NCBI GenBank assembly: GCA_000999715.1
Contig: LCGL01000004.1
Coordinates: 44,289 to 108,288 of the forward strand
Source: Candidatus Falkowbacteria bacterium GW2011_GWF2_43_32
GTDB lineage: Bacteria > Patescibacteriota > Patescibacteriia > Patescibacteriales > UBA12465
Direction: 5' to 3'
Length of the DNA stretch: 64,000 nucleotides
Position numbers and translations under genes: made by a program. The notes beneath the pieces are model-generated. The model was not told the DNA's origin. It searched no databases and saw only the letters and a list, made by a program, of their open reading frames with translations. Below are positions 19,290 to 31,440 of the stretch, piece after piece. Numbering within the stretch: the first letter of the stretch is position 1; the number at the start of each line of letters is the position of its first letter.

Positions 19290-19318
19290 TTGACAATTAT
19301 TTTTTTAAAGATTAAAAT
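19290..19318 (+). promoter_or_regulatory. groESL promoter (TTGACA-17-TAAAAT)
   Basis: Consensus -35 at 19290-19295. -10 at 19313-19318. Immediately upstream of CIRCE. Confidence 0.5.
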
Positions 19319-19328
19319 GTTAATATAA

Positions 19329-19355
19329 TTAGCACTCTTATAATATGAGTGCTAA
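19329..19355. promoter_or_regulatory. CIRCE operator (HrcA binding site) TTAGCACTC-N9-GAGTGCTAA
   Basis: Perfect match to the CIRCE consensus inverted repeat, 29 nt upstream of the groES start codon. Confidence 0.88.
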
Positions 19356-19383
19356 CATAAATTAATTTAATATTAGAAAAAAT

Positions 19384-19674
19384 ATGAAGTTAAAACCATT
19401 ATCTAACAATGTTATTGTCAAGCCCTTGAAAAATGAAACTAGCACCAAATCCGGCATCGTTTTGCCGGAGACGATCGATAAAGAAAAGCCGGAGACGGGA
19501 GAAGTTGTCGCCGTCGGATCGGGACGTATTTTGGATAACGGGCAGACAGCGCCTTTGACGGTCAAAGTCGGCGACCGAGTGATGTTTAAAAAATATTCGC
19601 CGGATGAGATTAAAATTGACGAGGAAGATTATCTGGTTTTAAGTGAAAGCGATATTATCGCCATTATTGAATAA
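19384..19674 (+). CDS. groES: Co-chaperonin GroES
   Basis: 96 aa, KPLxxNVIVKP..[15 protein letters not shown] pattern of Hsp10. Confidence 0.93.
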   Translation: MKLKPLSNNVIVKPLKNETSTKSGIVLPETIDKEKPETGEVVAVGSGRILDNGQTAPLTVKVGDRVMFKKYSPDEIKIDEEDYLVLSESDIIAIIE

Positions 19675-21360
<1,686 letters not shown>

Positions 21361-21383
21361 AATATTAGCGAATTTGTAAATTA

Positions 21384-21410
21384 AAGGCCGGCCGAAGAGC
21401 CGGCCTTTTG
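21384..21410 (+). terminator. Intrinsic terminator of groESL
   Basis: GGCCGGC-cgaaga-GCCGGCC stem followed by TTTTG. Confidence 0.65.
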
Positions 21411-21569
21411 TAATAAAAAGGTTGAATTAGCGGTATCTTGGTTTAACGAGCGATATTTTGGTCGGATAGCTTGACATAAAATGAATTTTACGATATATAT
21501 TAAATCTAAACAATAAATGTTTTTTGAGTTAATCGAAAAATATTAATCACTTTCTTTAACAAACTATAA

Positions 21570-22241
21570 TTGCTAATGGAAACTATTAATCAATCTCGCG
21601 TGGCTGTTATTAAAAAGATAGTCGCCAAAGTTCAACCGGAAGGATCTTTGTTTTTTAAGGCTTTGGAGAAGCTGGTTGATTGTTCGGATGAAGAGTTAGA
21701 TAATTTTTTGCGTCAAAGTTTTAATTTGACTCCGAAAAACGGTTTGACTCGTCAAATTTTTACCGAACAGAATTTTTTATTGACTCATCGCCAGGGACGT
21801 CGTTTAATATCCTGCGCCAATCAGGTATTTAAAGCCGGCATCGATCCGGCTTTTACCGAGTGTCGAATCGAAAAGAATGAATTTTTTTTCCTTGAAAGTT
21901 CGATGCGTCTGCAGGAGATGATCAGCAACGGCATATTTATGAATCTGTTTTCTTGTCAGTCGGGGTCTTGGAATCAAAAATGGGTCTACCAATATCAACT
22001 GGTGGATTTTTGCGAAACTTTTCCGGAGTTATTTCGACAAAATTCTTGCGGTCTTATTTTTCTCATTAAAAAAGACGGTGACAAGACGATTGACGAAAAT
22101 AATCCCGGCGATAACCTTGTTGTTGCTCGCGTGATGGTGCGTGCCGGCGGTTTGTGCGCTTTATATTATCCTCTGGACAACCAACGGTTGTGGAGCGAGG
22201 ATAATTATTATTGGTTAGTTTTACCGCGGTTGATATTTTGA
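21570..22241 (+). CDS. Hypothetical protein
   Basis: 223-aa ORF with no recognisable motifs. Confidence 0.4.
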   Translation: MLMETINQSRVAVIKKIVAKVQPEGSLFFKALEKLVDCSDEELDNFLRQSFNLTPKNGLTRQIFTEQNFLLTHRQGRRLISCANQVFKAGIDPAFTECRIEKNEFFFLESSMRLQEMISNGIFMNLFSCQSGSWNQKWVYQYQLVDFCETFPELFRQNSCGLIFLIKKDGDKTIDENNPGDNLVVARVMVRAGGLCALYYPLDNQRLWSEDNYYWLVLPRLIF

Positions 22242-22390
22242 CAATCGTTCTTTTCCCTCGATTTTGCGAACTGATGTTCAGGCAATTTCGAGGGATTTTT
22301 ATTATTGACGGCGCGCTTAAACTCGAGTGCGTCTTTTTATTTTTCCCGTTAATCTGATATAATGAAGTTATCAATTTTTTATTATTTTTT

Positions 22391-22900
22391 ATGTCTAAAA
22401 TACAAAAAATCAAGTCCGGCAAGAAAGCTTCTCGTCAGCCGATTATCGTGGCCGTTTCCGGTTATTTCAATCCTTTGCATGTCGGTCATTTGGAGATGAT
22501 TCAGAAAGCGAAAAAATTAGGCGATAAACTGGTGGTCATCGTCAATAATGACAAGCAGGTCGCGCTGAAAAAACGTGTGCCGTTCATGTCCGAACAAGAC
22601 CGAATGACAATCATCAAGGCCTTGCGAGACGTGGATAAAGTGGTTTTGTCCGTTGACGATTATCAATTGCCCGACGGTGCGATTCCGGTTATCAAATCTT
22701 TGGCTAAAGTTAAGCCGCATATTTTCGCTAACGGCGGCGATCGTTATAGCGTCGGCGATGTTCCGGAATATGACATTTGTCAAAAATTAAACATTAAAAT
22801 GGTTGACGGTCTGGGCAAGAAAATCAGGGCCAGTTCAAAAATGATCGCTCGGGCGGCGCAGTTGAAAAAACGACAGACCGTTTCCGACAAGCGATCTTAA
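22391..22900 (+). CDS. Cytidylyltransferase-family nucleotidyltransferase (TagD/RfaE-domain-II-like)
   Basis: HxGH motif (FNPLHVGHLEMI) and overall (H/T)xGH nucleotidyltransferase layout. The exact substrate cannot be inferred. Confidence 0.6.
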   Translation: MSKIQKIKSGKKASRQPIIVAVSGYFNPLHVGHLEMIQKAKKLGDKLVVIVNNDKQVALKKRVPFMSEQDRMTIIKALRDVDKVVLSVDDYQLPDGAIPVIKSLAKVKPHIFANGGDRYSVGDVPEYDICQKLNIKMVDGLGKKIRASSKMIARAAQLKKRQTVSDKRS

Positions 22901-22906
22901 TAGCAG

Positions 22907-23782
22907 ATGAATATGAAAAGACCAATCAGGCGTTGTTCAACTTTGATTGTGGCTTTGCTGATAACGGCGGCAGTAGTTATTTTTTTATTGATCAATCGGG
23001 AACCGCCGCCTCCGCCCCCGGCGCCTAAATTGGAAGAGACCGTTCGAATCTTGGAGGGCTGGACGAGCCGGGATATCGGGCAATATTTAGAAAGCTTCGG
23101 CCAATGGTCCGGGGAAGAATTTTTGGATGCGGCCGGTTGGCCGCAAACGGATTATCGCCGCGATAAAACCAAACCGCCTCGGGAAGATTTATCGGATCAA
23201 TTTTCTTTTTTGGCCGACAAGCCGGAATATTATGGTTTGGAAGGTTATCTTTTTCCGGACACTTATCGCATTTACGCCAGCTCTATCGTTACGGAAATAA
23301 TCGAGAAAATGCTCGTTAATTTTGATCGGAAATTGACGCCGACCATGCGAGCGGAAATCAAGAAACAAGGTCGGACGATTTATGAAGTGATTACCATGGC
23401 TTCTTTGGTGGAAAAAGAAGCGCCGATCGATTATTCGACGGACGGTCATCGCGATGCTCGCATTATTGCCGGTATTTTTTGGCATCGTTTAAAAATCGGT
23501 CAAGCGCTTCAATCCGACGCGACTTTGTCTTATATTTTAAGCGACAATAATCCCCGGCATAGCGGGCAAGAACTGGAAATCGATTCTCCTTATAATACTT
23601 ACAAATATCGCGGTTTGCCGGCCGGGCCGATTTGCAATCCTGGTTTGGCGGCCATTGAAGCCGCCATTTATCCCTTGGATACCGATTATAATTATTTTTT
23701 GACGCCGACCGACAAGAAAGAAGTGATTTATGCCCGAACTTACGAAGAACATTTGTCGAATAAAAACAAATATTTAAGATAA
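22907..23782 (+). CDS. mltG: Endolytic murein transglycosylase MltG (YceG family)
   Basis: N-terminal TM anchor then YceG-like domain. Conserved GLPxGPIxNPG and ending ...YNYFLT..YA.T.EEH. Confidence 0.8.
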   Translation: MNMKRPIRRCSTLIVALLITAAVVIFLLINREPPPPPPAPKLEETVRILEGWTSRDIGQYLESFGQWSGEEFLDAAGWPQTDYRRDKTKPPREDLSDQFSFLADKPEYYGLEGYLFPDTYRIYASSIVTEIIEKMLVNFDRKLTPTMRAEIKKQGRTIYEVITMASLVEKEAPIDYSTDGHRDARIIAGIFWHRLKIGQALQSDATLSYILSDNNPRHSGQELEIDSPYNTYKYRGLPAGPICNPGLAAIEAAIYPLDTDYNYFLTPTDKKEVIYARTYEEHLSNKNKYLR

Positions 23783-23786
23783 ATTT

Positions 23787-26171
23787 ATGTTTGATAATCC
23801 GTCCACTATCGTTTCCTCGGAGTTGGAGGCGGAGAAGGAATCCGCCGGACAAGCGCCGTCGCCGCGATTCCCGAAAAAGAAAATTTTATTGTTCGCGGCT
23901 CTGGCTGTCGGCGTGTTGATTTTGATTGTCGGTTTTATTTTGGTCATCAAAAAATTATCCGTTCAAAAAGCCGCCCCGTTGCCGCCGGCTTTGACTAATT
24001 TGGCGGCCGATATTACGGAGACTGCCGTGCCGACCTCCACGGCCAAATTACCGGATTTAAATCAATTGACGGAAGATGCCGCCGCCACGACATCTTTAAC
24101 TTTTTCCGGAGAAGCGGTGGAATATTTGTCTTTCGTCGATTTTTACGAAGCGCCGGACAATCAGATTACGGCCAATATTGACGATTATTCCTTGCCTCTC
24201 AATATCAAATTGGACGTGATGAATTATTATGATGTTTCCCGAAAATTAAGTTTGGATCCGGCGGTGGACCGGTTGAATAACAACGGCTTTGCCGTGATTG
24301 ACAATCCTTGGACCTCGGCGGCGACCGATTTTTCCGCGGTATATAAAAATTTGGCCGACAAACAGATTCCTTTGTTGATTACGTCCGATTTTATTCTTTA
24401 TTATTATCAGGGCATCATGAAAAAAACGTTCAAGAGCGTGGAAGAGAACGTTTTTTACGATAATCTTTGGGAGATAAACAAGGAACTTTATACCATGGCC
24501 AAAAACCGCTATGAAGCGCGCTTGGCGGCCATCGGCAATATCAATGATTCTATTTTGGAGGGAGAAAGATTGGCCACGGCTTTTTTTGCCGTCGCCTTGG
24601 AGCTGTTGAAGCCGTCGGCCGATCAGATCGGGACGAAAAGCCTTAACGACGGGCAATTTACTTTTGCGGACAGCAATCGTTTTTATTTTATCGTGCCAAC
24701 CTATTTGCGCGATGATGTTTTGGCCGAAGTGGACTTGATTCGAAAAGCCGGTTCTGCCGTCGTCAAATCTCCGGTGCTGTTGTATTCCCGCGATTATGCG
24801 GAATTTGTCGTGCCGCCGGAATATAAAGACAACGCCAAATTGAAAAATTTTTATTTGACTGCCAAGTGGCTGAGTGCGGCGTTTCCTCTGCATTATCGGC
24901 AAGCGTCTTGTCCGGATTGTCTGTTGGATCAAGCGGATTGGCGCATTAGTCTGATCGCCGCCAGTTTGATTTCTTCGGATTTTTCCGATCGTCCGGAATT
25001 GAAAAATAAATGGGCGCGAATTTACAAAATCATGTCTTTTTTCCAGGGCTTGCAGGAAGATTTAAATTACGTCCATTATCGCGATGCCCTCGGTAAGCTC
25101 TTCGGCGCGGACTATCAAGTGGAAAAATTATTTGACGACCGCAATCAAGAGGCGGCCGGTAATTTGGAAAAACTGCGAACGGAATTGTCGGCTTATAAAT
25201 TTCCGGCCATCGCCGGAGCGATTGATCGGCAAGACGCGGCCGGTCGAGCTTTGGTCGGCTTGAGGATGTTGACCGAGCCGTATTGGCCCAATGACTATTT
25301 ATTCGGGCGCTTGGTAACGCCGGCGGTCGGTGCTTATTCGGCCAGCAGTACCGCCGCTTCCAATGTGACCTTTTGCAAAGAAAAAACCGGGCTGAATCGT
25401 TGTAACGGGTTCGCTTTGGATATTGTCAATTTGGTTTACCCCGTCGACAATAACGATTATTTTACGGAGAACACCGCTTATGCCAATTATCAGTCGGCTG
25501 TTGCGGCTTTACGTCAAGAGTTAAATACGGAAGTGATCTGGCAGTCGTCCAATTATTGGCTGACCTTGCACCTGATCAAGTCCGCTTTGGAGGTTGATAA
25601 AAAGAATCAGCCGATTTTTGCGGCTTCGGACGCTTGGAACGACCAAGCCCTGCGCACCGCGGTCGGCGCTTGGATAAATTTCCAGTTGCCTTTGGAGAAA
25701 TTTACGATTGTCCCGGCGTCCGACAGAAAAAGTCTGGATAATTTTTCTCGTTGGAGCGAAAATTCTTACGTGGAACCGAATTTGAATTTGATCAACGAGC
25801 TCTTGGCGAATAATGAGATGATATTAAAGATGTTTTCCGCCCTGGGATTGGAAACGGACGTCAAACTGGCTTTTCGGGAGATGCGCGATTTCTCCGCCAA
25901 TTTGGAAATGTTGAAGAAAATCGTAATTAAGGAATTGTCCGGAGAAAAGTTGACGGAGGCCGATAACGAAATCATTGCCGACTTTACCAAACAATTGGCC
26001 ATCAAGCCGGCGACCGTTGCCGATAAAAAGTTATTTTTACCTTTGTCGTCGCAAAAAAACGGCCTCAAAGAAGATTTAAGCCGTTTGAAATTGCTGTTGA
26101 TTATTCATCAAGAGGGAGACAATAAAGTTTTTTCGGTCGGTCCGGTCTGGGATTATCAAGAGGGAAGGTAG
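23787..26171 (+). CDS. Large membrane-anchored extracytoplasmic protein, unknown function (794 aa)
   Basis: Single N-terminal TM helix (ILLFAALAVGVLILIVGFILVI), then a long soluble region with no recognised catalytic motifs. Confidence 0.5.
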   Translation: MFDNPSTIVSSELEAEKESAGQAPSPRFPKKKILLFAALAVGVLILIVGFILVIKKLSVQKAAPLPPALTNLAADITETAVPTSTAKLPDLNQLTEDAAATTSLTFSGEAVEYLSFVDFYEAPDNQITANIDDYSLPLNIKLDVMNYYDVSRKLSLDPAVDRLNNNGFAVIDNPWTSAATDFSAVYKNLADKQIPLLITSDFILYYYQGIMKKTFKSVEENVFYDNLWEINKELYTMAKNRYEARLAAIGNINDSILEGERLATAFFAVALELLKPSADQIGTKSLNDGQFTFADSNRFYFIVPTYLRDDVLAEVDLIRKAGSAVVKSPVLLYSRDYAEFVVPPEYKDNAKLKNFYLTAKWLSAAFPLHYRQASCPDCLLDQADWRISLIAASLISSDFSDRPELKNKWARIYKIMSFFQGLQEDLNYVHYRDALGKLFGADYQVEKLFDDRNQEAAGNLEKLRTELSAYKFPAIAGAIDRQDAAGRALVGLRMLTEPYWPNDYLFGRLVTPAVGAYSASSTAASNVTFCKEKTGLNRCNGFALDIVNLVYPVDNNDYFTENTAYANYQSAVAALRQELNTEVIWQSSNYWLTLHLIKSALEVDKKNQPIFAASDAWNDQALRTAVGAWINFQLPLEKFTIVPASDRKSLDNFSRWSENSYVEPNLNLINELLANNEMILKMFSALGLETDVKLAFREMRDFSANLEMLKKIVIKELSGEKLTEADNEIIADFTKQLAIKPATVADKKLFLPLSSQKNGLKEDLSRLKLLLIIHQEGDNKVFSVGPVWDYQEGR

Positions 26172-26193
26172 ATTAATGGGCGATTGGCCGTTA

Positions 26194-28227
26194 TTATCGT
26201 GAATATTTAAAAATATAAATCTCTCCGTCAATCGTCCGCCACTCATCGGCCGTCAGTTTGGCTTCGTTGATAATGCGGCCGCTTTGATGCCAATATTTAT
26301 TGACAATCAAATAGGCTTCGTCAACCCCGACAAAATCCATCGCCGCCAAGGCGAATTTTTTGTCGGGTTTTTCATAAACCATTTTCAAATAATATTCATA
26401 AAGAGTTCCGCCGGTGGGTACGGGATAAAAATATGTTAATTCGGCAGGGGTATGATAATAACGGTCAAAACCAAAAATGTTTAACGCCGCCGCGCTAACT
26501 TGTTGGTTGGCCAGAGCGATGTACGGGACGGAGGACATTTGTTCCACCAATTTGACGGCTTGCCGATCATTGATGCTCGTGCTATAGCCATGACTGTTGA
26601 AATATTTATCAAAACGGGGGTAAGACAAATAAAGGCCGGCGCTTAAAAGCCCTAAGCCGAAAATCAACCAGATGGCTTGTATGGCCATTTTTTCTTGGCG
26701 AATTTTTATGATAATCATTTGCAGAGCCAAAGCGATGAACGGCAGGAAAAAGATGACGATGATAATCAAAATGCGGTCGGCATAGCCGTTTTGTTCGTAA
26801 TGAATCAAATCGTTAAAACGAATTTGACTGCTTAAAAAATAAGCGATTAGCAAGGCGAAATTAATGAAAATTATTCCTTGGCCGAGGGCTTTGTCTGTCT
26901 TCAATAATTGCCCGTCGTGTGTTTGGCGATACGACCGGCGTTGATAAAAATACCATAGAGTGGCGATGATAATAATAACGATCAGGAGGAGATTATAATT
27001 GTCCTTGAGCAAGTAAATAAAATTTAAGATGAAATTTTCTTGTCCGGCCGTTCCCGGATGAGCAAAAATATTTTTCAGCGCTTCCCGAAAAACAGTCGCT
27101 CCGCCGTCGGCGGAGAGGTTGCCGCCGCTCAAAAGCAAAGCTATCGGCAAAGACAAGGCGGTAAACAAGAAAATGACGAGTTTGATGATTTTGTCGGCCA
27201 GCGGTCGAAGATGATGATGATGTTTTTCAAAAATCAGCCAAGCCGTCCAACCCAGGGCCGGCAAACCGGTCAGAGGATGGATGGCCGCGGTCGCGAGAGC
27301 CAGTAATGATATTTTGGCCGGCGAGGCGCCGCTAAAACCAGCCAAAACGGTGAGAATTAAAAATAGGTAACTTAGATTTTGTGGTGTGGTCGCCACGAAA
27401 GGAGCGAAAGTCAGGCACAAGAGGAATAAGACGGTCAGAAAAGGCACGGCCGACACTTTTTCCTTTATTTGTTCTGCGGCATTTTTTAGAAAACGATAGA
27501 GAGCTAAAGGTAAAAATAGAGCGGTCAGACCGGGAACCAAAATTTTATTGAGCCAATAGATAGAAAGTCCGGTAATTTTATGAAGTGTAATAATTAAGCC
27601 GTACTCTCCCAGATAATAGGGGGTTTTGGGAAGCACCACTCCTTGCTTCGCGATTAATTCCATGGTCGCTTGGTGAATGAAAGGATCATACCCGTAACCG
27701 ATTTTATAAACGATGACCGCCACGGCCAAGGAAATTAGATAATGGCCGGCAAGAAATAATATTTTGAAGCCGGGGCTGATTGTTGTTGCGATTTTTTTAT
27801 GTCCCAAGATTAGAATCAGCAATAGGGAGGCCAGGCCGTAAAACCAGAAAAAATCCGACGGGACGGTTTCCCAAGGAGAAATCAGGGCGCGACCGCTTTG
27901 TCCGGCCCAAAGCCGAATGATAAGCAGTGCATAAACGGCGACGTAAGCGGCGATGAAAAAAGAAGCTTTTTTATTTTTATGGATTGAATTTTCTTCGGCA
28001 GAACTTATCTCTGTCGTGGCTCTTTCTCGGTTGGTCGCCGTTTTGACGAAAAGACGTCTCAGACAGACGAAACCGATGATGACCAAGATCAAAGACAGCA
28101 TAATCCCCACTCGGTTTAGAGAGTATAAATAATAGACTATGGCGCCGCTTGTCGTCGTCAACGAGGCAAGCAAGAGTAGGTAATCGTTTAAATTGCCGGT
28201 AATTTTAGCCCAATTCATTGTTTTCAT
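26194..28227 (-). CDS. Large polytopic membrane protein with C-terminal extracytoplasmic domain (possible glycosyltransferase/DUF2298-like)
   Basis: More than 12 predicted TM helices. The track ORF extends to 28377. The start is placed at an internal Met (MNWAKITG) to avoid a 185-bp overlap with the divergent gene. Start uncertain. Confidence 0.5.
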   Translation of the reverse strand: MKTMNWAKITGNLNDYLLLLASLTTTSGAIVYYLYSLNRVGIMLSLILVIIGFVCLRRLFVKTATNRERATTEISSAEENSIHKNKKASFFIAAYVAVYALLIIRLWAGQSGRALISPWETVPSDFFWFYGLASLLLILILGHKKIATTISPGFKILFLAGHYLISLAVAVIVYKIGYGYDPFIHQATMELIAKQGVVLPKTPYYLGEYGLIITLHKITGLSIYWLNKILVPGLTALFLPLALYRFLKNAAEQIKEKVSAVPFLTVLFLLCLTFAPFVATTPQNLSYLFLILTVLAGFSGASPAKISLLALATAAIHPLTGLPALGWTAWLIFEKHHHHLRPLADKIIKLVIFLFTALSLPIALLLSGGNLSADGGATVFREALKNIFAHPGTAGQENFILNFIYLLKDNYNLLLIVIIIIATLWYFYQRRSYRQTHDGQLLKTDKALGQGIIFINFALLIAYFLSSQIRFNDLIHYEQNGYADRILIIIVIFFLPFIALALQMIIIKIRQEKMAIQAIWLIFGLGLLSAGLYLSYPRFDKYFNSHGYSTSINDRQAVKLVEQMSSVPYIALANQQVSAAALNIFGFDRYYHTPAELTYFYPVPTGGTLYEYYLKMVYEKPDKKFALAAMDFVGVDEAYLIVNKYWHQSGRIINEAKLTADEWRTIDGEIYIFKYSR

Positions 28228-28291
28228 AAGGGTGTCTTTTAATGATAACAAATTCTTGCTAAAATTGGCAATTTCCGATAACATTAAAATA

Positions 28292-30067
28292 ATGAAAACG
28301 TTTGTCTTAAAACACGCTAATCTTCTTATCGTCATTGTTTTGGCGCTCGTTTTTTTTATCGCGACCGCCAGTTTCAATTATCTTTCCCAGGATACAGACT
28401 ATGTGAAATGGTCGTCTCCGGACGAAACCGCCAATTATTTTTTCGCCAAAAAATTCAGCGAAGCCGATTCTTTTAATCAGCGCTTGGCTTTTTTTGATTC
28501 GGCTAATGTCATCGGCGATAATTTAATCATGCCGCGCAGTATGCGCAGCGATTTCGGACAGGTCAAGCCGGTCAGCTTCTTGGGCATTATTTTGCTTTAC
28601 GGCGGGCTGGCCTCCATATTCGGCGTGGCCGTGATTCCGTTTTTGACGCCATTTTTTGCCGCTCTCGGTCTGATTATTTTTTATTTCATCGTTCGTCGTT
28701 TGTTTAACGAGCGCGTCGGGTTGTGGTCGGCTTTTTTACTGGCTGTTTTTCCGGTTTATGTTTATTATACGGTTCGGTCCATGTTTCATAATGTTTTGTT
28801 TATCGTTTTGGCCTTGATCGGCGTTTATTTGTTTATTTTGGCTTTGGGACCGAAGGGCGGTCGATTAAAGAAACCGTTTTTATCCCTGTCTTTGAGTCGG
28901 CCGGGGACAGAATTTCTGGCCGCTCTCGGCGCCGGCGCGTTCTCCGGTTTGGCGGCCATTACGCGCACCTCGGAATTGCTGTGGTTGATGCCGGCTTTTG
29001 TTTGTTTATGGATTTTTTATGTTCGTCGCTTGGGATTGGCAAAATTGGCTTTCTTTTTTGTCGGTTTGTTGGCCGCTTTTTTGCCGGTCGCTTATTATAA
29101 TCAAATTCTTTACGGTTCTTTTTTCCATGGCGGTTATAATGCCATGAATAAATCCTTGGACGAAATCGTGCAGACGGGCGGAGCGCTTTTGCAGTTTACT
29201 TGGGCCGGCCAATTTGATTATTATCACGCCTATCTCGGGCGCATTTTTCACAATATCTTTTACTTCGGCTTTGACTATCCGCAATCTATTTTAATGTTCA
29301 AACGTTATGTCGTGGAAATGTTTCCGGTCGTCTTCTATGCCGGCATGTTCGGTTTATTGTTGCTTCTCGGGCAGAACGTCCGTCGGTTCCGGAAAAAATA
29401 TTTGGTTTATGTTTTGGTCGGCTTGATCGTTAGCGTCTTTTTGGTGTTTTATTACGGCAGTTGGCAATTCAACGACAATCCCGATTTGACGCGATTTACC
29501 ATCGGTAATTCTTATACGCGTTATTGGTTGCCCATTTATTTGGCTTTGATTCCTTTGGCGGCTCTGGCGTTGACGCGCGTGAGCCGAGCGATTTTTTCGA
29601 TCGGTCGCCAAACGGCGGCGCGTTTGCGAAATTTATTGGCCACCGGATTGCAAATTTTGGCCGTAGCGCTGGTTGCCGCCTTGTCTATTCTGTTTGTTTT
29701 ATACGGCTCGGAAGAAGGCTTGATGTATTTGTATTATAATAATCGGGCGGAAAGAAGCAACACGGAAAAAGTTTGGTCTTTGACCGAGCCGGAAGCGATT
29801 ATCATTACCCGTTATTATGACAAGTTCTTTTTTCCGGAGCGACGGGTAATTATGGGCACTTTGCCCAATGAAGAGATTTTGACGGCGGCCTCTCAGCTGG
29901 TGAAATATTATCCGCTTTATTATTATAATTTTTATTTGAACGAAGCCGACGTCGCATATTTGAACGAACGTAAATTCGCTTCTTACGGTTTAACGATGAA
30001 ATTGGTCAAAAAGACCAACGCGCAATTCGGTTTGTATAAAATTGAACAAACCGGCGACGAGCGCTAA
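28292..30067 (+). CDS. GT-C fold membrane glycosyltransferase (PMT/ArnT family 39-like)
   Basis: N-terminal multi-TM region with periplasmic loops and a C-terminal soluble domain. Composition typical of dolichyl/undecaprenyl-phosphate sugar transferases. Start at MKTFVLKH, internal to the track ORF. Confidence 0.55.
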   Translation: MKTFVLKHANLLIVIVLALVFFIATASFNYLSQDTDYVKWSSPDETANYFFAKKFSEADSFNQRLAFFDSANVIGDNLIMPRSMRSDFGQVKPVSFLGIILLYGGLASIFGVAVIPFLTPFFAALGLIIFYFIVRRLFNERVGLWSAFLLAVFPVYVYYTVRSMFHNVLFIVLALIGVYLFILALGPKGGRLKKPFLSLSLSRPGTEFLAALGAGAFSGLAAITRTSELLWLMPAFVCLWIFYVRRLGLAKLAFFFVGLLAAFLPVAYYNQILYGSFFHGGYNAMNKSLDEIVQTGGALLQFTWAGQFDYYHAYLGRIFHNIFYFGFDYPQSILMFKRYVVEMFPVVFYAGMFGLLLLLGQNVRRFRKKYLVYVLVGLIVSVFLVFYYGSWQFNDNPDLTRFTIGNSYTRYWLPIYLALIPLAALALTRVSRAIFSIGRQTAARLRNLLATGLQILAVALVAALSILFVLYGSEEGLMYLYYNNRAERSNTEKVWSLTEPEAIIITRYYDKFFFPERRVIMGTLPNEEILTAASQLVKYYPLYYYNFYLNEADVAYLNERKFASYGLTMKLVKKTNAQFGLYKIEQTGDER

Positions 30068-30078
30068 TTTAAAAAATC

Positions 30079-31410
30079 ATGAAAACTTATCATATTATCA
30101 CCATCGGTTGTCAGATGAATTATGCGGACAGCGAACGGCTGGCCGCTTATTTGGACAGCCGGGGATTTAAACTCGGCAACGATGTTTATAAAACCGACGT
30201 CGTAATTCTCAATACTTGCGGCGTTCGCCAGGCGGCCGAGGATCGGGTTTACGGCCTGGTCAATCAGATTCGTAAATATAACGAAGCGGCGCAAATCGTC
30301 ATTACCGGTTGTTTAAGTCGTCGGGAAGATGTCAAAAAACGCTTGTCCGATCGGGCCGACATATTTTTGCCGATTAACGAGGTCTTAGCTTTGCCGAAAT
30401 TGTTGGACGGAAAAAAATTTCAACCGCGTTTCAGTTTGGAAGAAATTCGTTTGGAGCAAGGCGAAAAATATTTGGATATTTTGCCGAAACGATCTACCTC
30501 GTTTACGGCTTATGTGCCGATTGGCAACGGTTGTAACAATTTTTGTTCTTATTGCGTCGTGCCTTATGCTCGCGGTCGGGAAGTTTATCGTTCGGCCGCG
30601 GAAATTATCAAGGAAGTGCGCGGCTTGATTGCGGCCGGTTATAAAGAGATTGTTTTGATCGCTCAGAACGTCAACAGTTATCGTAGCGGCAGTTATGACT
30701 TTCCGAAATTATTGGCCAAGCTGGCCGCGATGCCGGGCAAGTTTTGGTTGCGATTTTTTTCCAGTCACCCCAAAGATATGAGCGTCGATCTGATTAAGGT
30801 TATCGCTACGTCGGCTAAAGTTTGCGGACATCTGCACCTGGCCGTTCAATCCGGAGATGACCGGATTCTCAAAGCGATGAATCGTCGTTATACGGCCGCT
30901 CAGTATAAAAAATTGATCAAGCAGGTCCGGGCGGCGCGCCCGGGAATGGCCGTTACCACCGATGTCATTGTCGGTTTTCCCGGAGAAACTAAAAAACAGT
31001 TCGCCAATACCGTTAAATTGTTTCGTGAGGTCGGATTTGATATGGCTTATATCGCTCAGTACAGTCCGCGCCCCGGCACGGCCGCCTATCGGCTGAACGA
31101 TGATGTCCCGGCCGTTGAAAAAAAACGGCGCGCGCGAATTTTAAACGATTTACTGACTAAAACCGCTCTGGCCAACAATCGCCGCTATTTACATCAAACG
31201 GTGGAGGTTTTGATAGACGGCCGAAACAGACGAGGGAAGTATTCCGGCAAAGCCGCCGCTTATCAAACCGTATCGGTAGAATTGGCGAAATCGAAAAAAA
31301 CAAAAAATCAAATCGGTCGGGGTGCCGGCGCGGATTTGATCGGCGAGTTTGTCGCCGTTAAAATAACCAAAGCGCGACCCTTCGGTTTGGAGGGAATTTT
31401 GGCGGAATAA
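30079..31410 (+). CDS. miaB: tRNA-i6A37 methylthiotransferase MiaB (radical SAM MTTase)
   Basis: UPF0004 N-domain (IITIGCQMN), radical-SAM CxxxCxxC (CNNFCSYC), C-terminal TRAM domain. Confidence 0.85.
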   Translation: MKTYHIITIGCQMNYADSERLAAYLDSRGFKLGNDVYKTDVVILNTCGVRQAAEDRVYGLVNQIRKYNEAAQIVITGCLSRREDVKKRLSDRADIFLPINEVLALPKLLDGKKFQPRFSLEEIRLEQGEKYLDILPKRSTSFTAYVPIGNGCNNFCSYCVVPYARGREVYRSAAEIIKEVRGLIAAGYKEIVLIAQNVNSYRSGSYDFPKLLAKLAAMPGKFWLRFFSSHPKDMSVDLIKVIATSAKVCGHLHLAVQSGDDRILKAMNRRYTAAQYKKLIKQVRAARPGMAVTTDVIVGFPGETKKQFANTVKLFREVGFDMAYIAQYSPRPGTAAYRLNDDVPAVEKKRRARILNDLLTKTALANNRRYLHQTVEVLIDGRNRRGKYSGKAAAYQTVSVELAKSKKTKNQIGRGAGADLIGEFVAVKITKARPFGLEGILAE

Positions 31411-31440
31411 CGCGGTGAGTTTATCTGTCCGATAAAATTT

